A stretch of 64,000 bases of DNA from Octopus sinensis (Eukaryota), in assembly GCF_006345805.1 (NCBI RefSeq), contig NC_043019.1, positions 10,229,360 to 10,293,359 on the forward strand. Reading direction: 5' to 3'. Position numbers and translations under genes: made by a program. Within the stretch, counting starts at the first letter, position 1, and every line of letters begins with the position of its first letter. The notes beneath the pieces are model-generated. The model ran no database searches, had not been told where the DNA came from, and worked only from the letters and a program-made list of their open reading frames with translations. This document shows, one piece after another, positions 1 through 12,900 of the stretch.

Positions 1-1970
1 GTTATGCAAATTTATTTTCCTGTGGTAAAAAAGATCCTTCTGGTCCTTGAATTATGATGACGGATGTTCCAGTTGATCCGATCAATGGAACAGCTTGCTC
101 AGGAAATAAGGTACAAATGGCGAAGTGCTCCACAGACATTTGTAATCTGAATCTAGTTTTTCAGAGAGATTCAGTGACACACAGAATGCGACAAGGTTGG
201 CCCTTTGAATTAATTTGAATTGCTACTTTGCCAGCTGAGTGAATTGTAGCAACATGAAATAAAGTGTCTTACTTAAGGACACAACATGTGGCCAGGTATC
301 TGACTCATAATCTTACAATTGTGAGCCAAATACCTGCATTACTAGGCCGGGCAAGTTCACAGGACAAAATATTTGTGCACTTAATATATAAGAAGAATTA
401 TTAGCTGCAACATTGTTTAAGGCTGCTATCCATTTCTGTTGCATTAATTTCTTGGCCGCAAAACACATGTGTATGTGTGTGTGTTTGTGTGTATGTGTGT
501 GCACATGCACACGTGTGTAGCCAAGCAGAAACAGTGGTTAGAATAATAATTAGAGCTGCAAGCTGGCTGAATCATTAGCACACTGGGGTAAATGCTTAGT
601 GGTTTTTTTGTCTGTCTTTACATTCTGAGTTCAAATTCTGTCAAGGTTGATGTTACCTCTCACCTCTTCAGGGTTGATAAAATAAGTACCAAGCAAGTGC
701 TAGGGTCAATTACATCAACTTATCCCTTCTTCCAATATTGCTGGCCTTGTGCTAACATTTTAAATCAATATTAGCTGTGAATAGATGGAAATATTGGAGT
801 GTTAGATGAAATGCTTTGTGGTATTTGTTGTGATTCTTTGCCGGGGTTAGCCTTGCTTTCCATTTTTCAGGGGTTGATAAGTAAGTATGAAGGTGATGGA
901 ATTGATAGGGCTTCAGATAGACTGCATTGTGATATTTGTTCTTACTCTTTGTGTTTGGAGTTCAAATCTTGTGGATTATGTGGGTGATAGATTAAAACTG
1001 TTGCCCAGTTGAACACCACAATTTGGCCGTTGGGTTCCTTTAGTAGATATGCTGTAAGTATTCTGGCTAAGACTCCAGTTGAGGATACTATCCTCCCTCT
1101 CTTCCACCAGTCTTAGGGACTTCGACGTTGGTCATTGGGACTGCCCTTCCTTCTTGACTAAGCAATAAATAAAGAAAGCCCATAAAGATGAATGATAACA
1201 CTAACGTTGGCAAGATTTGAACTTAGAAAATCCTTTTGATTTTGACTGAATACGTCTTATGTGCACGAATGCCATAGAATTTCAATTTCATTTTTCATTA
1301 ATGTATATCTTTATTTCTAATATTCCTTGGAAGGAAATCAATTATGTGTTTTATTTCAAGTAGATTTATAAAAGACATTTGGAAGGAGATTATAAAGAAA
1401 CAGGTTTTAGATTATAAATGAATTTTGGAATTATTTGCTGCTAAACAGCAAAATCTCGTGAAGCAATTTCGATTTCTTCCTTCAAATAATAATCTTTAGC
1501 TGAGTCATTAACATCTTTGTTTATTTTTTGCATTGTCAATTTCTCTTTTGCATTGTCAATTAATTCTTCCACTTTAAAGAAATGAAGAATCCAATAAAAC
1601 AAAAATAAAATAGAAGTACACAAAACAGAATATAAAATAATGAAATTAATTCAAATTCAAAACTAACTATTCTAAATTCTTTAAATTCTTTACAGTTCTG
1701 TCTATTTGGTAGCATGACATTGTCACATTCCTGTTCTGAGTTCAAATTCTGCCACAGTTGACTTTGATGAAATGTGTTTCAGCCATGACCTTCCTGTCTG
1801 TTTTGTTTCTTTTTTTTTAAAACAGTGTATATCTAGGAGTACATTATCTGACAGGTTTCTTTTTTTTTTAAACAGTAGAGTGTACTTTGAATGAAATTTG
1901 GTTCCTCTTTCTAGCAAATTAAGCAACTGTGCAGAGGTTCACTTATCCTATCTTAACTTTGCTCTTAAAA

Positions 1971-2796
1971 TCTATATCTATAAAATCAATATTGAAAGAT
2001 GCCACCAAAGAAAAGATATAATCTCTCCAGAAACAACTATAATGCAAAGAGGATTGTAGAAAACTGAAGGCAAGAATCTCAAGAGAGAAAGGAGATGGGA
2101 CTTTCCCAAGATCAGCAAAGGCATGCTGCAGCACATTTTATGAAGTCTCAATACAGAAGGGAGATGAGACTTTCCCCAAATTTCCAGATGAAACTAATGG
2201 CATGCACTGTCAGCACTACCAGCCTCTCTTCAACCTCTTATAGATCTGGATGGCACTTACATCCAGTCAAAGGATTTTCTGAACAATATCAGGCAATACA
2301 ACTCTGCATTTCAAACGACATCATTTGGTGCATCTAAGGAGATAGTTGAACATGGAATTACACCAATGTTCAGAGTCCAAGGGCAAGTGTATCACCTCAT
2401 TGGTTCCCTGTTACCCACAAATGAACAACTACTCTTCCTCCAAATTTACTTCATGAGTGATGTAGGACAACAAACCCAAAGTAGGTGTCAAAACTTTAGA
2501 TGATGGCTTGTGTTAGATGCAGCACTGACTGCTACAACGGAGTATATCCACTGACAGCTTTTCGGTGCATTCAAAAGTCATATATCTTCCACCCTAAATT
2601 TCCATGACAGGTTACGGCCTGGAATACTCCAAACAGGGGCATCACATGTCACTTAGTCAAATTAGCTCATCATTTACTCCACAGATGTTTTGTCATCAAT
2701 GCTGCACTTTCCCGTATCATCTGTTTCAACATAAATGTAATATATATACAAAATATATGCCATTTAATCCTGTGCAATGCTGAGCATCTCTGCTAG
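1971..2796 (+). mobile_element. Internally deleted non-autonomous Helitron
   Basis: A|TCTATATCTATAAAA 5' end; decayed hairpin then CTAG|T 3' end; internal frame FLNNIRQYNSAFQTTSFG...FRVQGQVYHLIGSLLP...FLQIYF is the RepHel N-terminal signature. Confidence 0.82.
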
Positions 2797-2815
2797 TAAT
2801 TCATATAATTCAATT

Positions 2816-2876
<61 letters not shown>

Positions 2877-3462
2877 TACACACTTCTTTTTGTTTAACTA
2901 TGAATGCAAAGAGTAGTCAATGCTGTAAAGTAAATATTAAAGTGACCCTATACATACATACATACATACATACATACATACATACATACATACATACATA
3001 CATACATACATACATACATACATACATACATACATACATACATACATACATACATACATACATGCATGCAGGCAGGCAGGCAGGCAGGTAGGCAGGCAGG
3101 CAGGCAGCAAATTGGCCCAGAGTTAGTAGACTGCTGAATAGAATAGCTTGTGTTGTTCATTTTGGCTCTTTACACCCTGACTTAGTAAGCAATCAGGGTC
3201 AACTTTATCTTTCATCATTTTGGGGTCAATAAAGTATCAGTACAAAATAATGGATTGGCAGACTTGTTAGTCTTAGATGACATGCTTTGCCATATGCATT
3301 CTACCCTCTTTGGATTCTGATTTCAAATTCTGCCTCAGCGTGAATGGCCACCTAATCATGCAAGCACCTTATCATCCAATCTGCAATTGGCTAAACTGGA
3401 GGGATAGGATTACAATTAGTATAGTTAAGCTCACAACAGCCTGAAGCTTCCTTCAGCAGTGG

Positions 3463-3514
<52 letters not shown>

Positions 3515-3657
3515 ACATACAAATACTTACATATATGCATGTATACACACATATATATGCATGCATACACATGACCAGTTTAAATTGCCTGTCTAAACTC
3601 CATGTGCTCGTACACATATATGTGTGTATACTTGCGTATATGTAAGTATTTGTATGT

Positions 3658-3706
<49 letters not shown>

Positions 3707-3975
3707 GTATGTATGTATTTATGTAATATCTTGTGTATATTCCTCTGATGAGGCAAAGCATTTCTTATGCAAAGCTAGAGATACGGGATTTGGAATTATC
3801 CAATAATTCTTTGCTAGTTTATTTTGTCTCTCTGTCTTCTCTCCTGGTGGTGTATGAATATCTGATGTGGTTTTAGAGTCAAGTTTTGACTGCTATCTCT
3901 AGCCACTTGATATGATCGGTATTTAAAAAAAAACGATCTTATCCTTATTTATATAAATTTATATATACAAACATA

Positions 3976-4201
3976 TGAGGGATCAGGCTGAAAAGTTCCT
4001 GGCTTTGGCTCAAAGAAAATACAGGAGGATCAGTTAATTATGTTTTTCTGCAATACCTTCCTCCTCTCTGCTTCACACACTTATTACAGCAGCCCTTCAA
4101 TTTTCTAAACCCTGTAAAAGAACTTGGAAGGTTGGGCCTCCAATCAGGCCTTTCATGATACCCTTAACGCCAGGATCTTTTCAGTACCCCTTCACCCCTT
4201 C

Positions 4202-4202
<1 letters not shown>
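3976..4202. mobile_element. Mariner-derived MITE
   Basis: TA-flanked; imperfect TIRs tgaggg..ctgaaaagttcctggc / gccaggatcttttcag..cccttcg. Confidence 0.65.
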
Positions 4203-4243
<41 letters not shown>

Positions 4244-5523
4244 TGTTATTTTTTGCTTTAAAGTTGTAAAAGTGCTAGAAGTGTGCAGAATGTGATATGT
4301 TTATTGATATGTAAGGCAAACTAATGTATGAACTAATTTGATTAGTGTACAAAATGAAGTGGTAAATATTTTAAGAGGATAAAAACATTATTACACCTGG
4401 GTAAAGAAACTAAATAATTGATAAAATAAATACATTAACAATGATGGTGGTATTTCAACTGTAGTCCCACCATTGTTAATATCGTTCCTGCATAGAATAA
4501 GTTATTACTAGCACACAAAATAGGGAGTCAATATTTCTTTTAATATCTTAATTTGCTGTTTAACTAAACAAGTCAAATAAGAAATTTTAACTGGTGTGAA
4601 AATGATTTTAAAATCCCCCTTCACCTGTCTGTCTGTCTTTCTCTCTGATGTGTGTGTGTGTGTGTGTGAACATTTGAGTTACAAAAATAAGCAGGAAAAA
4701 AGAAGCCCCTTGGGCAAATGTCCTTTCCTATAGTTTAGGTAGATCAATGCTTTATGGATGGAATTTGATGGAGAGTAATTGTGTGAAAACCCATCATGTG
4801 TTTCTCTCATTCAGAAGAATTTGATCATTCCATATTATTGCATCTAGAATACAATGTTTTTCTCTAGAAATACAGAAATAAAAAGAACTACAATCAGAAC
4901 TCAGTGTTGTAGTGTAATGGTGATTCTAAACGACCATCATGTTTGAACTCACAACCTACGGGCAGGTAGTTCAGTACCTTAGTCATCTTATCCATCACTA
5001 TCCACTTAGTTATCTTGGCTCTACATGATTGGTGTTACATTTGACCTCATGTCATTTTGGTTAGCATTTCAGCTCATTAAACCGGCAGCCATTTGACCCC
5101 ATAAAAAAAGTAACCCCTCACACACAGGGATTCAACCATGAATCTCGTTATTATTGAAAAATCGAGCTGACCAGTCAGTGTGTTGCTGGCAGTGGTCGGC
5201 GGCTCATATAGTAGGGCACTATTCTCTCTACCCAGTTATTGCTCTATTGATAAATTCTCTTACTCTCTCTTGATGTTAACAAACTGCTCTTCACACAACC
5301 TAACAAATTCATGTAGGACAACCACGTAGCTGAGTAGAAAATGTCTTAACTGTACAGCTATGTCTTCCGTTATGTTTATGAATAAAGAAGTCATTAAAAA
5401 AATAGTCTTAGAAGCCAACTACTGTTTGTTTCAGATTATTTATACACTCTCTCTCTCTCACACACACGCACACACACATACATACAAATATATATATATA
5501 TATATATATAATATATATATATA

Positions 5524-5630
5524 TGATCAGACTGGGCCTGGTGCAGCCTTCTGGCTTCCCAGACCCCAGTTGCACCGTCCAACCCATGCCAGCATGGAAA
5601 GCGGACGCTAAACGATGATGATGATGATGA

Positions 5631-5633
<3 letters not shown>
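5524..5633 (+). mobile_element. 3' end of an RTE-related element with a (GAT)n tail
   Basis: acccatgccagcatggaaagcggacgctaaacgatgatgat; related ends at about 14715-14830 (-), 20330-20480 and 27300-27440. Confidence 0.6.
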
Positions 5634-5700
<67 letters not shown>

Positions 5701-6179
5701 ATATATATATACACACACATATATATATACGCATACTATATAATATATTCAACAAAATATTAAGGAAAGACACTTACAGGTCATTCGACTCACTTGAAAA
5801 GAGCAGCCAAAACTCAAACCGCAAAAATAGTAGTAATTCTGAAAGCTAAAGGAGAAATAAAAACGTTGACCTGTAAGGGTCTTTCCTTAATATTTTGTTG
5901 AATATATTATATAGTCTGTGACTATTTCTATTTTCTCACTTGACCGCTGGTTGCAGAAAATTTTCTTTAATTTTTCTTGAATTTTTTTTGCTACCCTATA
6001 TTGATAAATTATATATACACATATATAGATATAAAGATACAAATATGATGATAATTTATTTTTGAATGTAGATTCACGGTTAGAACAGCAGAAACATTGA
6101 GTAAATTACCCTTAGAAAGTGAGAAAATATGTCAACGAATAGCTATATATATATACATATATATATTGTCTTTTCACAG

Positions 6180-6240
6180 GAAATAGTCGAGAAACTTATG
6201 CACTTCATATAGTACAACAATCATCTATTTTAGGATATAG
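6180..6240 (+). CDS. ABHD3: ABHD1/ABHD3-like alpha/beta hydrolase, first internal coding exon seen
   Basis: ttttcacag|GA...TATAG|gtgag; encodes (G)NSRETYALHIVQQSSILGY(R), matching the ABHD3-type GTSxESYILH...LGYR segment; 61 nt, phase 1 to phase 2. Confidence 0.88.
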
Positions 6241-6703
6241 GTGAGTTCTTTTGACCTTTCTAACATCATTAACATATTTTTTTTAATGAAACTAATTCTA
6301 ATCAAGTATGTTATGAATATTGTTGTTTAGTTCTTGGTCAACTTTGGTTCAACTGATCCATTATCAAAGATGTTCCTGTCACAACTATTCTTTTATTTAA
6401 TATGGCCATGATGATATAATTCTAAATTATGTACTAAGTTGCTGAGTTATAAGATGAATATATATCTGTATTGATTTTATTTGTAGTCAAAAGCTCTCTC
6501 TAGAGTTATTTAAAATTTAAAAACAAGATCATTGAGTGAAAATGCTGAACAGTATAGATAATGGATTATGAGGTGGATGTGTTTTATTAAAACCAGCTTC
6601 TTGAAGCTTATTAAAGTGTACAAACATACAAAGTCACAAATAAATAGCTTTCAACATATTTCCTATTTTTGCAATTATGCTACCAAACTTTTTCTAATTG
6701 CAG

Positions 6704-6755
6704 GTCAGTTGTATTTAATTATAGAGGAACGAGTGCAAATGAAGATAAGCTTTTA
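6704..6755 (+). CDS. ABHD3: ABHD1/ABHD3-like exon
   Basis: ttgcag|G...TTA|gtaagt; (R)SVVFNYRGTSANEDKLL carries the family VVFNxRG motif; 52 nt, phase 2 to 0. Confidence 0.9.
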
Positions 6756-8899
6756 GTAAGTATGCTATAATCATTATGGTTATTTAGCAGGTTTATTCTC
6801 TCTGAATTTAATGCTTGAGAAAACTAAAACTGGTCGTCAGCATGGCTAAACAAAATGTTAGATTTTGGTCTTTTTGATACCAATGTACCTGAGACAAAAA
6901 TCTTTTTACTTTTAAAATGTTCCACACAAACACCAACACTAATGCATGTCAAAGTGCACCCTGCAGTTCTCAGCTAAAGTATATTCGGAATAATTGATTT
7001 GTAGATTATTTATACTGGGGTCAATCAGTCAATACCTGATATCCCACAGGTCCACTTGACAAGTGCTGACTTGGGTTACACAACAATATCACTTGCACTT
7101 TGGAATGTGCAGTATGCCTTTGAGTTATGCAGAGACATACCTATCTGCAATAATAGGTTACATCTGTAAGTTGTTTGGCTATAGGTTTACTTGATCAGAG
7201 CTGACCTAACACTACACAACAATAAATCAATTATTGGTCTTTAGATCAGAGATCAATATTATTCTTCCTTGATATGTTAAGAACATCGAATTTTCCTCGG
7301 AAAATGCATCAATAATTTCATTTAGAGAATTACTAAGTTTATATGTGTGAAATCTTTTATTTTGGCTTGAATAATATATGATGAAATGCTCTTATATCAA
7401 TTCATTATGAAATAATTATGTATTCCATTAGTTCTAATGTAATCTAGAAATATTCAGTTACACAACCATGAAGTTGGCAAAACTACAATTATGTCTTTTA
7501 TCTCATTATTTTATTAATTTGCCATGAGACAAGCTGTGAACACATTGTGCTCACAACTTTTTCCTGACATCAACACTGCCAGCAAGACCTGTATATCATT
7601 ATTTGATTTAGAAGATAAACAGTTATCTCAGCTCTCTGGCAGACTGACCAAGAAACTAATCTTCAGATGTAATAAATGTACAGAAATGGTTTAGTGGCAG
7701 GTCCTGCCTGGTCGACTGACAAAGACCTTGGACTTGAGATATGATATATGCACAGCAGTTTACAATAGGAATAGTGAGATCTCTAGCCTATTATGAAAGA
7801 AGAAGGACTTCAAAAAGGATAGATGTGCAAGAGTAAACAATATGTACAGTGAAATCTGGAACATTAGAAGTACAAGAATAATTAACAGGTAGTGATACCA
7901 ATGAAATATAGTTTTTGGACTGTTATATAGAACTGTTATTTAGATGTTCTGTAGATGTAATTAGATTGTTTCTGTTTGGTAAGGGGTACGTAGAAGTGGT
8001 TAACTCTGTTGATAACAAAGACTTTCAACTTTGAAAAGACAAATTTTATGTGTAAAAAATGTAGTAGTACACGATAGTGAGTCGTGGTTATTGTCTCTGG
8101 AAGATTCTGGAGGGAAATGAATATATTGGATGTATAGTTTTACCCTACATTAGCAATTCTCAAATCAGAGGCACTTGGCACCTAGGGGAGGAATTGAAAA
8201 GAATTTAAAATCTGAGAGAAGGAATTTTAATGGGAAATTGTGTTGGAATTTTAGTCAAAGAATGATTTCCAAAATAGGAATGGTTTAACCTTGTGTACTA
8301 TATATATATAAATAATGTAATGCTGATATTCACATCAGTAAAAAGGAAAAGAAACCGAAGACAGAAAAAAACTGCAGCTTCAGATTTAATCCCATTTGGG
8401 ATTATCTCAGTTATTGAGGTTTGCAAAATGTGTTCATGGTAAGGTGATAGTCAGGCTCAGTGCATTTTTTATGCCAGTGACACTATTCAAATCACCATGT
8501 AAACACACAATGCAACAAACTCCAGAGAGGGATGATGTTGCCTTTGTATGTTTGACAGGGGTTCAGGTATGAGGGAAGAGGTTAGAGTAGAGGAGGGAGC
8601 ATGGCTGTTCACATTGAGGAAGGAGCATGAGAATGGATTCGAGGTATCTGCAAGAAGATAGACAATGGTGATGTGGTGACCAGGTGGTTCCTCAGGTAGC
8701 AGGAGAAGATGGAGTGGAAGGGATTTGCAAGAGGGGGGGGGGGAAGAGGCGGGGAGAGTGAAGAGGGAGGTAGGCAACATCTGTAAGGATTGAAGGGTGG
8801 GGGTGCATGATATAGGGAGGTTACAGGGATGCTAGCAGCATAGTAGTAACAATCTGTTGACAGGGGCAAAAGAGAAAGAGAGAGAGACAGAGAGAGAGG

Positions 8900-8932
<33 letters not shown>

Positions 8933-9209
8933 ACACCTCCCCCCCCCCAACTCCAACATGAGCAACCATTAATTCAAATATATATATAATAGGTGTGAAC
9001 TTTAGTTTGGAAACCTTGAAACTGAGACTTTATGAATGAATTCCTTGTGATGTTTGTTCCATTATATTATTTCAAACATCCTGGTGTTTCCTGTTCATTT
9101 TCTCCCAGAACTCGACGGACAGAAAATGTAATTCAAACATTAAGGTTTTTGTTTGTTGATTTCTATTTGCATCTGAGCTACGATTTATGACATTTTGTCA
9201 CTTTTGCAG

Positions 9210-9322
9210 ACACCAAGAACATATTGTGCCACTGATACAGAAGACTTAGAGACTGTTGTAAATCATGTGAAAAATTGTTACCCAGAAGCACCATTATTTG
9301 GGGTAGGAATCTCCCTTGGTGG
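9210..9322 (+). CDS. ABHD3: ABHD1/ABHD3-like exon with the nucleophile elbow
   Basis: ttttgcag|ACA...GG|gtaag; [37 protein letters not shown](G) contains the GxSxG catalytic Ser; 113 nt, phase 0 to 2. Confidence 0.93.
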
Positions 9323-10079
9323 GTAAGTTGTGAATTGATTGCATAGTTTGTATTTGTCATTATTTACTTATCTTCTCTTCTGGAACAAATCTGTGACTAA
9401 AGGCATTGAAGTGGCATCTTTTTTTTTTTTTATTTTTGTTAATCTAGGACTCCATTTTCTTTTTTAAGGATGACAGGGTAGGGTTTATTTTACAGAATTT
9501 TGCCATTTTACTTACTCTATCTAGTAGATTGACCAATAATCATGTGTTTAGATCATTGGCCTATGTGTGTCTGTCTGTGTATAGAACATGTGTACTTACT
9601 GTTTAGATATATGTTCAGTGACATTCTGACTGTCCCATGTTATTTTTAAGGATACAACACCTAGAAATTACATCATTTAATGTATTCTCACTGACAGTAT
9701 GATGTGCTTTGAGAAAGATTTTAGCTGCTATTTCTAGCCAGTATATATAGATTTCATTTAAAAAAAATTTTTGATCAAATTTTTAGAGTATTTTCTTTTC
9801 TGGAATGATATTTTCTTTTCTGGAATAATAAAATTTGAGGAACATTGTGGGACTTCTATTCTGCATATTTACCTTATGAATTCAAATCTTGCCACTCAGT
9901 TTTACATTGAAATAAAGTACCCATGTCGTACTTGGGTGGATATGTTTAGCTGTTTGCTGCTACGAGAATTTTTGACTGTGTGTTTATATTAGAAGTCAAC
10001 ATTTAACCGTTCCAGGGGCAAGAGAGTGTTCAGCTCAGTTACTAGCAGCATTTCTAATAATAATAATAATAATAATACT

Positions 10080-10290
10080 TTCTGCTATAGGCACAAAGCC
10101 TGAAATTTGGAGGTAGGGGGCCAGTCGATTAGATTGACCCAGTACACAACTATTACTTAATTTATTGACCCCGAAAGGATGAATGGCAAAGTTGACCTTG
10201 ACAGAATTTGAACATAGAGTATAAGAGCGGACGAAATGCCACTAATCATTTTTCCCAGTGTGCTAATGATTCTGCCAGCTCACCACCTTA
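10080..10290 (-). mobile_element. tRNA-derived SINE with a Nin/Deu-like core (one of many copies)
   Basis: Reverse complement ggtgagctggcagaatc...gttcaaattc...ccattcatcctttcggggtcaataaa.taagta; related copies at about 555-760, 13790-14000, 53775-53975 and 63710-63885. Confidence 0.75.
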
Positions 10291-10479
10291 ATAATAATGA
10301 TGATAATAATAATAATAATAATGATGATGATGATGATGACGACGACGACGATCTTATTGTCTACAATGCTCAGATGCATTACAAATTGTGAAAGAATGTT
10401 CAAAGGGGACAGAAAACAAACTTATTAATTAGTCAAGTAAAAGAAGAGAGATGTGAAGGCCAGAAGTATGTACAAAGTA

Positions 10480-10930
10480 TGAAAAATAAAACAGATAAAG
10501 AGAAAATGAATATTTAAGGGAGTCATGGAGAAGGAAAGGTGCACAGGCTCGTGAGGGAAGGGTTGTTGGTGAATTTTAGAATGCATAAAACTTTTGAAGG
10601 ATCCAGGGTAGTTTCTTTCATGTTTAAACAATTCTGAGTGTGAAAAACTGTTTCTAATAGTCATGGTCACTGTCTTTTGATTTTATAAGCATGTCCACGA
10701 GTGGGAAAGAGGTATTGAATTCAAAAAGACGGTCAAAGTTGTTGTTGGAAAGATGGTGGATTATTTTGTGGGCTTCTGTCAATGACATTATCTCAATGTG
10801 TTCATTTTTAAGACAACAGAGTATAATTTGTGAGAGATTTGGCTGGTATTTCTTGCAGGTTAGGTAACCATGTAGAGACTCTTTCAGAGTTTTTGTCAAC
10901 AGTGAAATATTAAATACATAAACACTCAAC
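10480..10930 (-). mobile_element. CR1-clade LINE 3' remnant
   Basis: HKIIHHLSNNNFDRLF, then actcgtggacatgcttataaa (TRGHAYK); same family as 32320-33000. Confidence 0.65.
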
Positions 10931-11028
10931 GTTCATTCTCCTCCTCAACTGTTTCTTGTAACTTTCTTCCTTTTCTTGAAATTATTTGTTAATCGTCTTC
11001 GTGTCCTTTTTCTCTTAAATCTTTTTAG

Positions 11029-11202
11029 GATGATAATGACTGGTTATTTAGCAAAATGTGGTGAAAATGCTGTCTTCCAAGCTGCTATGGCTGTATCAGC
11101 TGCCTGGGATTCTTTTGAATCTTCAAAAACTCTAGAACAACCAATTAATTATCTCCTTTTCAACAAATACTTGGCCAGGAATCTTGTTAATTTGGTCCAT
11201 AA
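11029..11202 (+). CDS. ABHD3: ABHD1/ABHD3-like exon
   Basis: tttttag|G...AA|gtaag; MIMTGYLAKCGENAVFQAAMAVSAAWDSFESSKTLEQPINYLLFNKYLARNLVNLVH(K); 174 nt, phase 2 to 2. Confidence 0.92.
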
Positions 11203-11230
11203 GTAAGTGCAAACTTTTTTACCGTGTATG

Positions 11231-11275
<45 letters not shown>

Positions 11276-11934
11276 CATATCTGTGTGTGTGTGTGTGTGT
11301 GCATGTATGCTCATGCACACACATGTATGTGTTTATATCTATCTATATATTTATCTATATTTTTTATCTATATCTATGTATATTAATCCATATATTTCTT
11401 ACTGTATGCTTATCCGTCCATATATCTATATTTATTCGTATATATACCTACACTTCTACTTTTGTCTGACTTTCTGTCCATCTGTCTGTCCACCAGTTTC
11501 ACTGTCCATTCCATCCATCCACCCATCCATTCCTTCCTTCCTTCCTTCCTTCCTTCTGGGTTGTGGGGTAGGATGAGAGAGTGGATGTTTTCATAAGAGT
11601 GTGAGGATGGAGCAAACAGGCAGAGGTTAAGAAGGTGAGTAATGAACAGGGGTTAGGGTGCAGATAATGGGGAATACCTCTATGTAGAGGGGAAAGGTAG
11701 GAGATTAGGAGTGGCTCAAGAAAGAGAATAGAACAGAATGAAGCAGGATGATGTCCCAGGTGTAGGAACCACAAAGAGGGAGATACATAAGCAAGTGGGG
11801 ACCATAATAGGTGGGCCATGGTGACAGAAAGGGGAGGACAATATATGTGGGTAGTTAGTGACTTTCAAATTAAAGCTAGATGGATCCAGAGAGACAAGCC
11901 AACCTGAAAAGGGTAGATATGGAAGCTTAAAGAT

Positions 11935-12900
11935 CCTCAATCTCCTCCTATTTGTTGTTGTACTTCAGTTTATAACAAAAGAGTTTAAAACCAGTTGCCC
12001 AGAGGAACTTTTATTGGTGAGTCTATAGTAAAATTAGGAAAGATATTCTATGCATGGAAGAAAAATCTGAGATCAAAGGGTCTTAAAGTTAGCTTAGCAA
12101 AGACCAAAGTTCTAGTAAGCAGGAAAACAGACAGTATACTGATTCCTTCAGGAAAATGGCCCAATTTGATATGTAGAAGAAATTCCATATAGTATACCCA
12201 GTGCAAACTATGGAGACACAAGAGATGCAGTGGAATCACAGGAAGATTATCAGAGAAAGTAGACTTTATTTATGGCAAATGCACAACAGCAATAAACACT
12301 AAGAGCACATGATAATAGATTTTCTGGAATGCTAAGGAGGATCCTTAAAGGAAGTAGATAGTTTCTGTTACCTAGGCAACCTAAGCAGCAGTGGAAGAGG
12401 ATACTCTGAAAGTAAAGTTGCTAGAATACAAACCATCCAGAAGAAGTTTAGAGAGTATTAGCTGTGTTGGTAACAAAAGGTTTATTCTCCCAGGGTGAAA
12501 GATAAATGACATGATGCTTGCATACAAGCAACAATGATGTGAAACATGGGCTGCAAGTGCAGAGGACGTGCAAAAACTAGGATGAAATGAAACTAGCATG
12601 ATCCACTGGACGTGCAGTGGTAGTGTGCACATGCAACACAATGAAAATGTATTGAGAGAAAAATTGGACATAAGATGCATCAGATGTAGTGAACCCTAGA
12701 GAAAACTGCACTGGTATGTTCATGTGATGCATATTGATGAAAGCAGCTGCATAAAGAAGTATCAATTGCCAAATGTGGATAAAATTTGTGGAAAAGGAAA
12801 ACTCTGGAAGATTTTGGAAGAAATAGTGAAGACCAACTTCAGGTTATTGAGTCTCATAGAGGAGATTATTGGTGATTTGCAGTATCCCAGAAGACCCATC
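11935..12900 (+). mobile_element. Decayed RTE-clade LINE (RT C-terminal half with Cys/His-finger insert)
   Basis: LSPLLF-like start, WKKNLRSKGLKVSLAKTKVL, QCKLWRHKRCSGITGRL and VDSFCYLG; many stops and frameshifts. Confidence 0.8.

Noticed and set aside
3738-3800. ctgatga-containing hammerhead candidate
   Set aside because: No GAAA core half and no clean stem II; too decayed to support.
4442-4500. DGG.../PTIV-like peptides as a candidate upstream ABHD exon
   Set aside because: The motifs fall in different frames and convincing splice sites are missing.
2777-5773. YIYI/HTHT/CVCV-rich ORFs here and throughout the ORF track
   Set aside because: They are translations of (TA)n, (CA)n and (TACA)n microsatellites.
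9109-9144. Possible micro-exon after tctcccag
   Set aside because: Poor donor, wrong phase for joining 9210, and no family similarity; the expected segment is supplied by 6704-6755.
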